Position numbers and translations under genes: made by a program
From: Camelus ferus
Lineage: Eukaryota
Length of the DNA: 64,000 nucleotides
Assembly (NCBI RefSeq): GCF_009834535.1
Contig: NC_045697.1
Location: 78,060,001 to 78,124,000, forward strand
Reading direction: 5' to 3'
Notes under the pieces: model-generated
The model's input: the letters and a program-made list of their open reading frames with translations, nothing else
What the model was told of the DNA's origin: nothing
Database searches by the model: none
In this document: positions 63,001 through 64,000 of the stretch, piece after piece
How the letters are laid out: each line of letters opens with the position of its first letter
Position numbering within the stretch: the stretch's first letter is position 1

Positions 63001-64000
63001 GATTCAGGATGAGAAACCCAATGCAAGGAGTCATACACATGCCTGTTAGAGAACGTTGGGCATGAAAGATGCACATTTGTGTAGTTGTAACATTTTTACT
63101 ATTTTTTTTTCCCTAAGCAGCCTCAAAAAGCATGTTAACAAGACTACTTGAAATTAATACTCTGCTCTTAGAGTATACACAGATGGGCTCGCTCCCTTCC
63201 TTCCCACCGTGCTGCACGCTGGAGTTCCTAGAAGACACGACGTGCTCCCTCCTTAATGAATTCCATGCCTCCAATCAATAAGGACTGGCATCCGGCCAGG
63301 TCGACTCCTCTTGGGCTCCTTACCAGACCTTGTTCTGTATTTTGCTTTTATTAGTTCTTACTACTCTAATTTCTCTCACTGTTAACGTTTTTCACTGGTA
63401 TCAGTTCTCAGTAGTCTTGCTTTCTTGCCAACTTAAAAACAAAATAAAAAATAAAACCAAGCTAGCGCAGGGGTGGGTTCTCCCCAGTTCACAGTACTAC
63501 TGATACAACTGATACGATCACCATTCAAAACTCAACAAGTCAGTCCAATTTGTTTTTAAACATAGGCAACCCCTGAGCTTTTGCGTTGGGACATGTCTTT
63601 CTGTCCATTTGTTGGATTTCCAACAAACTGCCTATGCAAATGAGGAGGGAGCCACCCGGGGACCGAGCCCTCAGCTGCCCACACCCTCTGCTGCCTCTCA
63701 ACAGTTCAACTCCACAGTTCCTGTGACCAAGCCTGTTGTGAAAGTTAATCGTTATAAAAAGCACTTATTTACATCTGTTTTAGTGTAGCCATGAAGAGTG
63801 CAATTAATTAAGAAGTTTCTGGTGTGGTAAGAATAATCATACAGCAGGAATGCAAACACATGATTTCCAAAGAGAATTTTATTCCATATGGAATTTTTCC
63901 CCTAACTAAGAATTAATTGCAACTTTAAAGAAGGTTTGATTGTTTCTATGAAAAACATTTTAACTACTGAGGAATTCTAAATGACTTCAATTTAAAATTT

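Noticed and set aside
1..64000. CRISPR arrays, operons or prokaryotic defence systems
   Set aside because: Sequence is eukaryotic (mammalian repeats, no long ORFs, no spaced direct-repeat array)

Overview
This is non-coding DNA from a placental mammal, not a prokaryote. It is AT-rich, CpG-depleted and full of old eutherian interspersed repeats: MIR, L2, CR1/L3, L1M, MLT1/ERVL LTRs, and Tigger and hAT DNA transposons. One younger 5'-truncated L1 (14596-15633) has a 3' UTR that looks camelid/cetartiodactyl. I found no convincing protein-coding exon, tRNA, rRNA or miRNA; the listed ORFs are random or come from repeats. The main signal is a ~2 kb almost repeat-free island at ~19.9-21.9 kb. It is enriched in bicoid/K50 homeodomain sites (TAATCC, TAAGCC; OTX/CRX/PITX type) and also carries FOX, SOX and TCF/LEF sites. 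A ~110-bp core in it reads TCF - TAATCC - TAATTA - TCF, similar to the grammar I recall for the Otx2 forebrain/midbrain enhancer; the locus is unverified. The island's left edge carries a relic of an ancient palindromic Harbinger-type MITE, with a second copy near 36.7 kb. Several other repeat-free, motif-rich islands and exon-like segments suggest a developmental gene desert or lncRNA intron. Repeat names were recognised by eye and boundaries are approximate.
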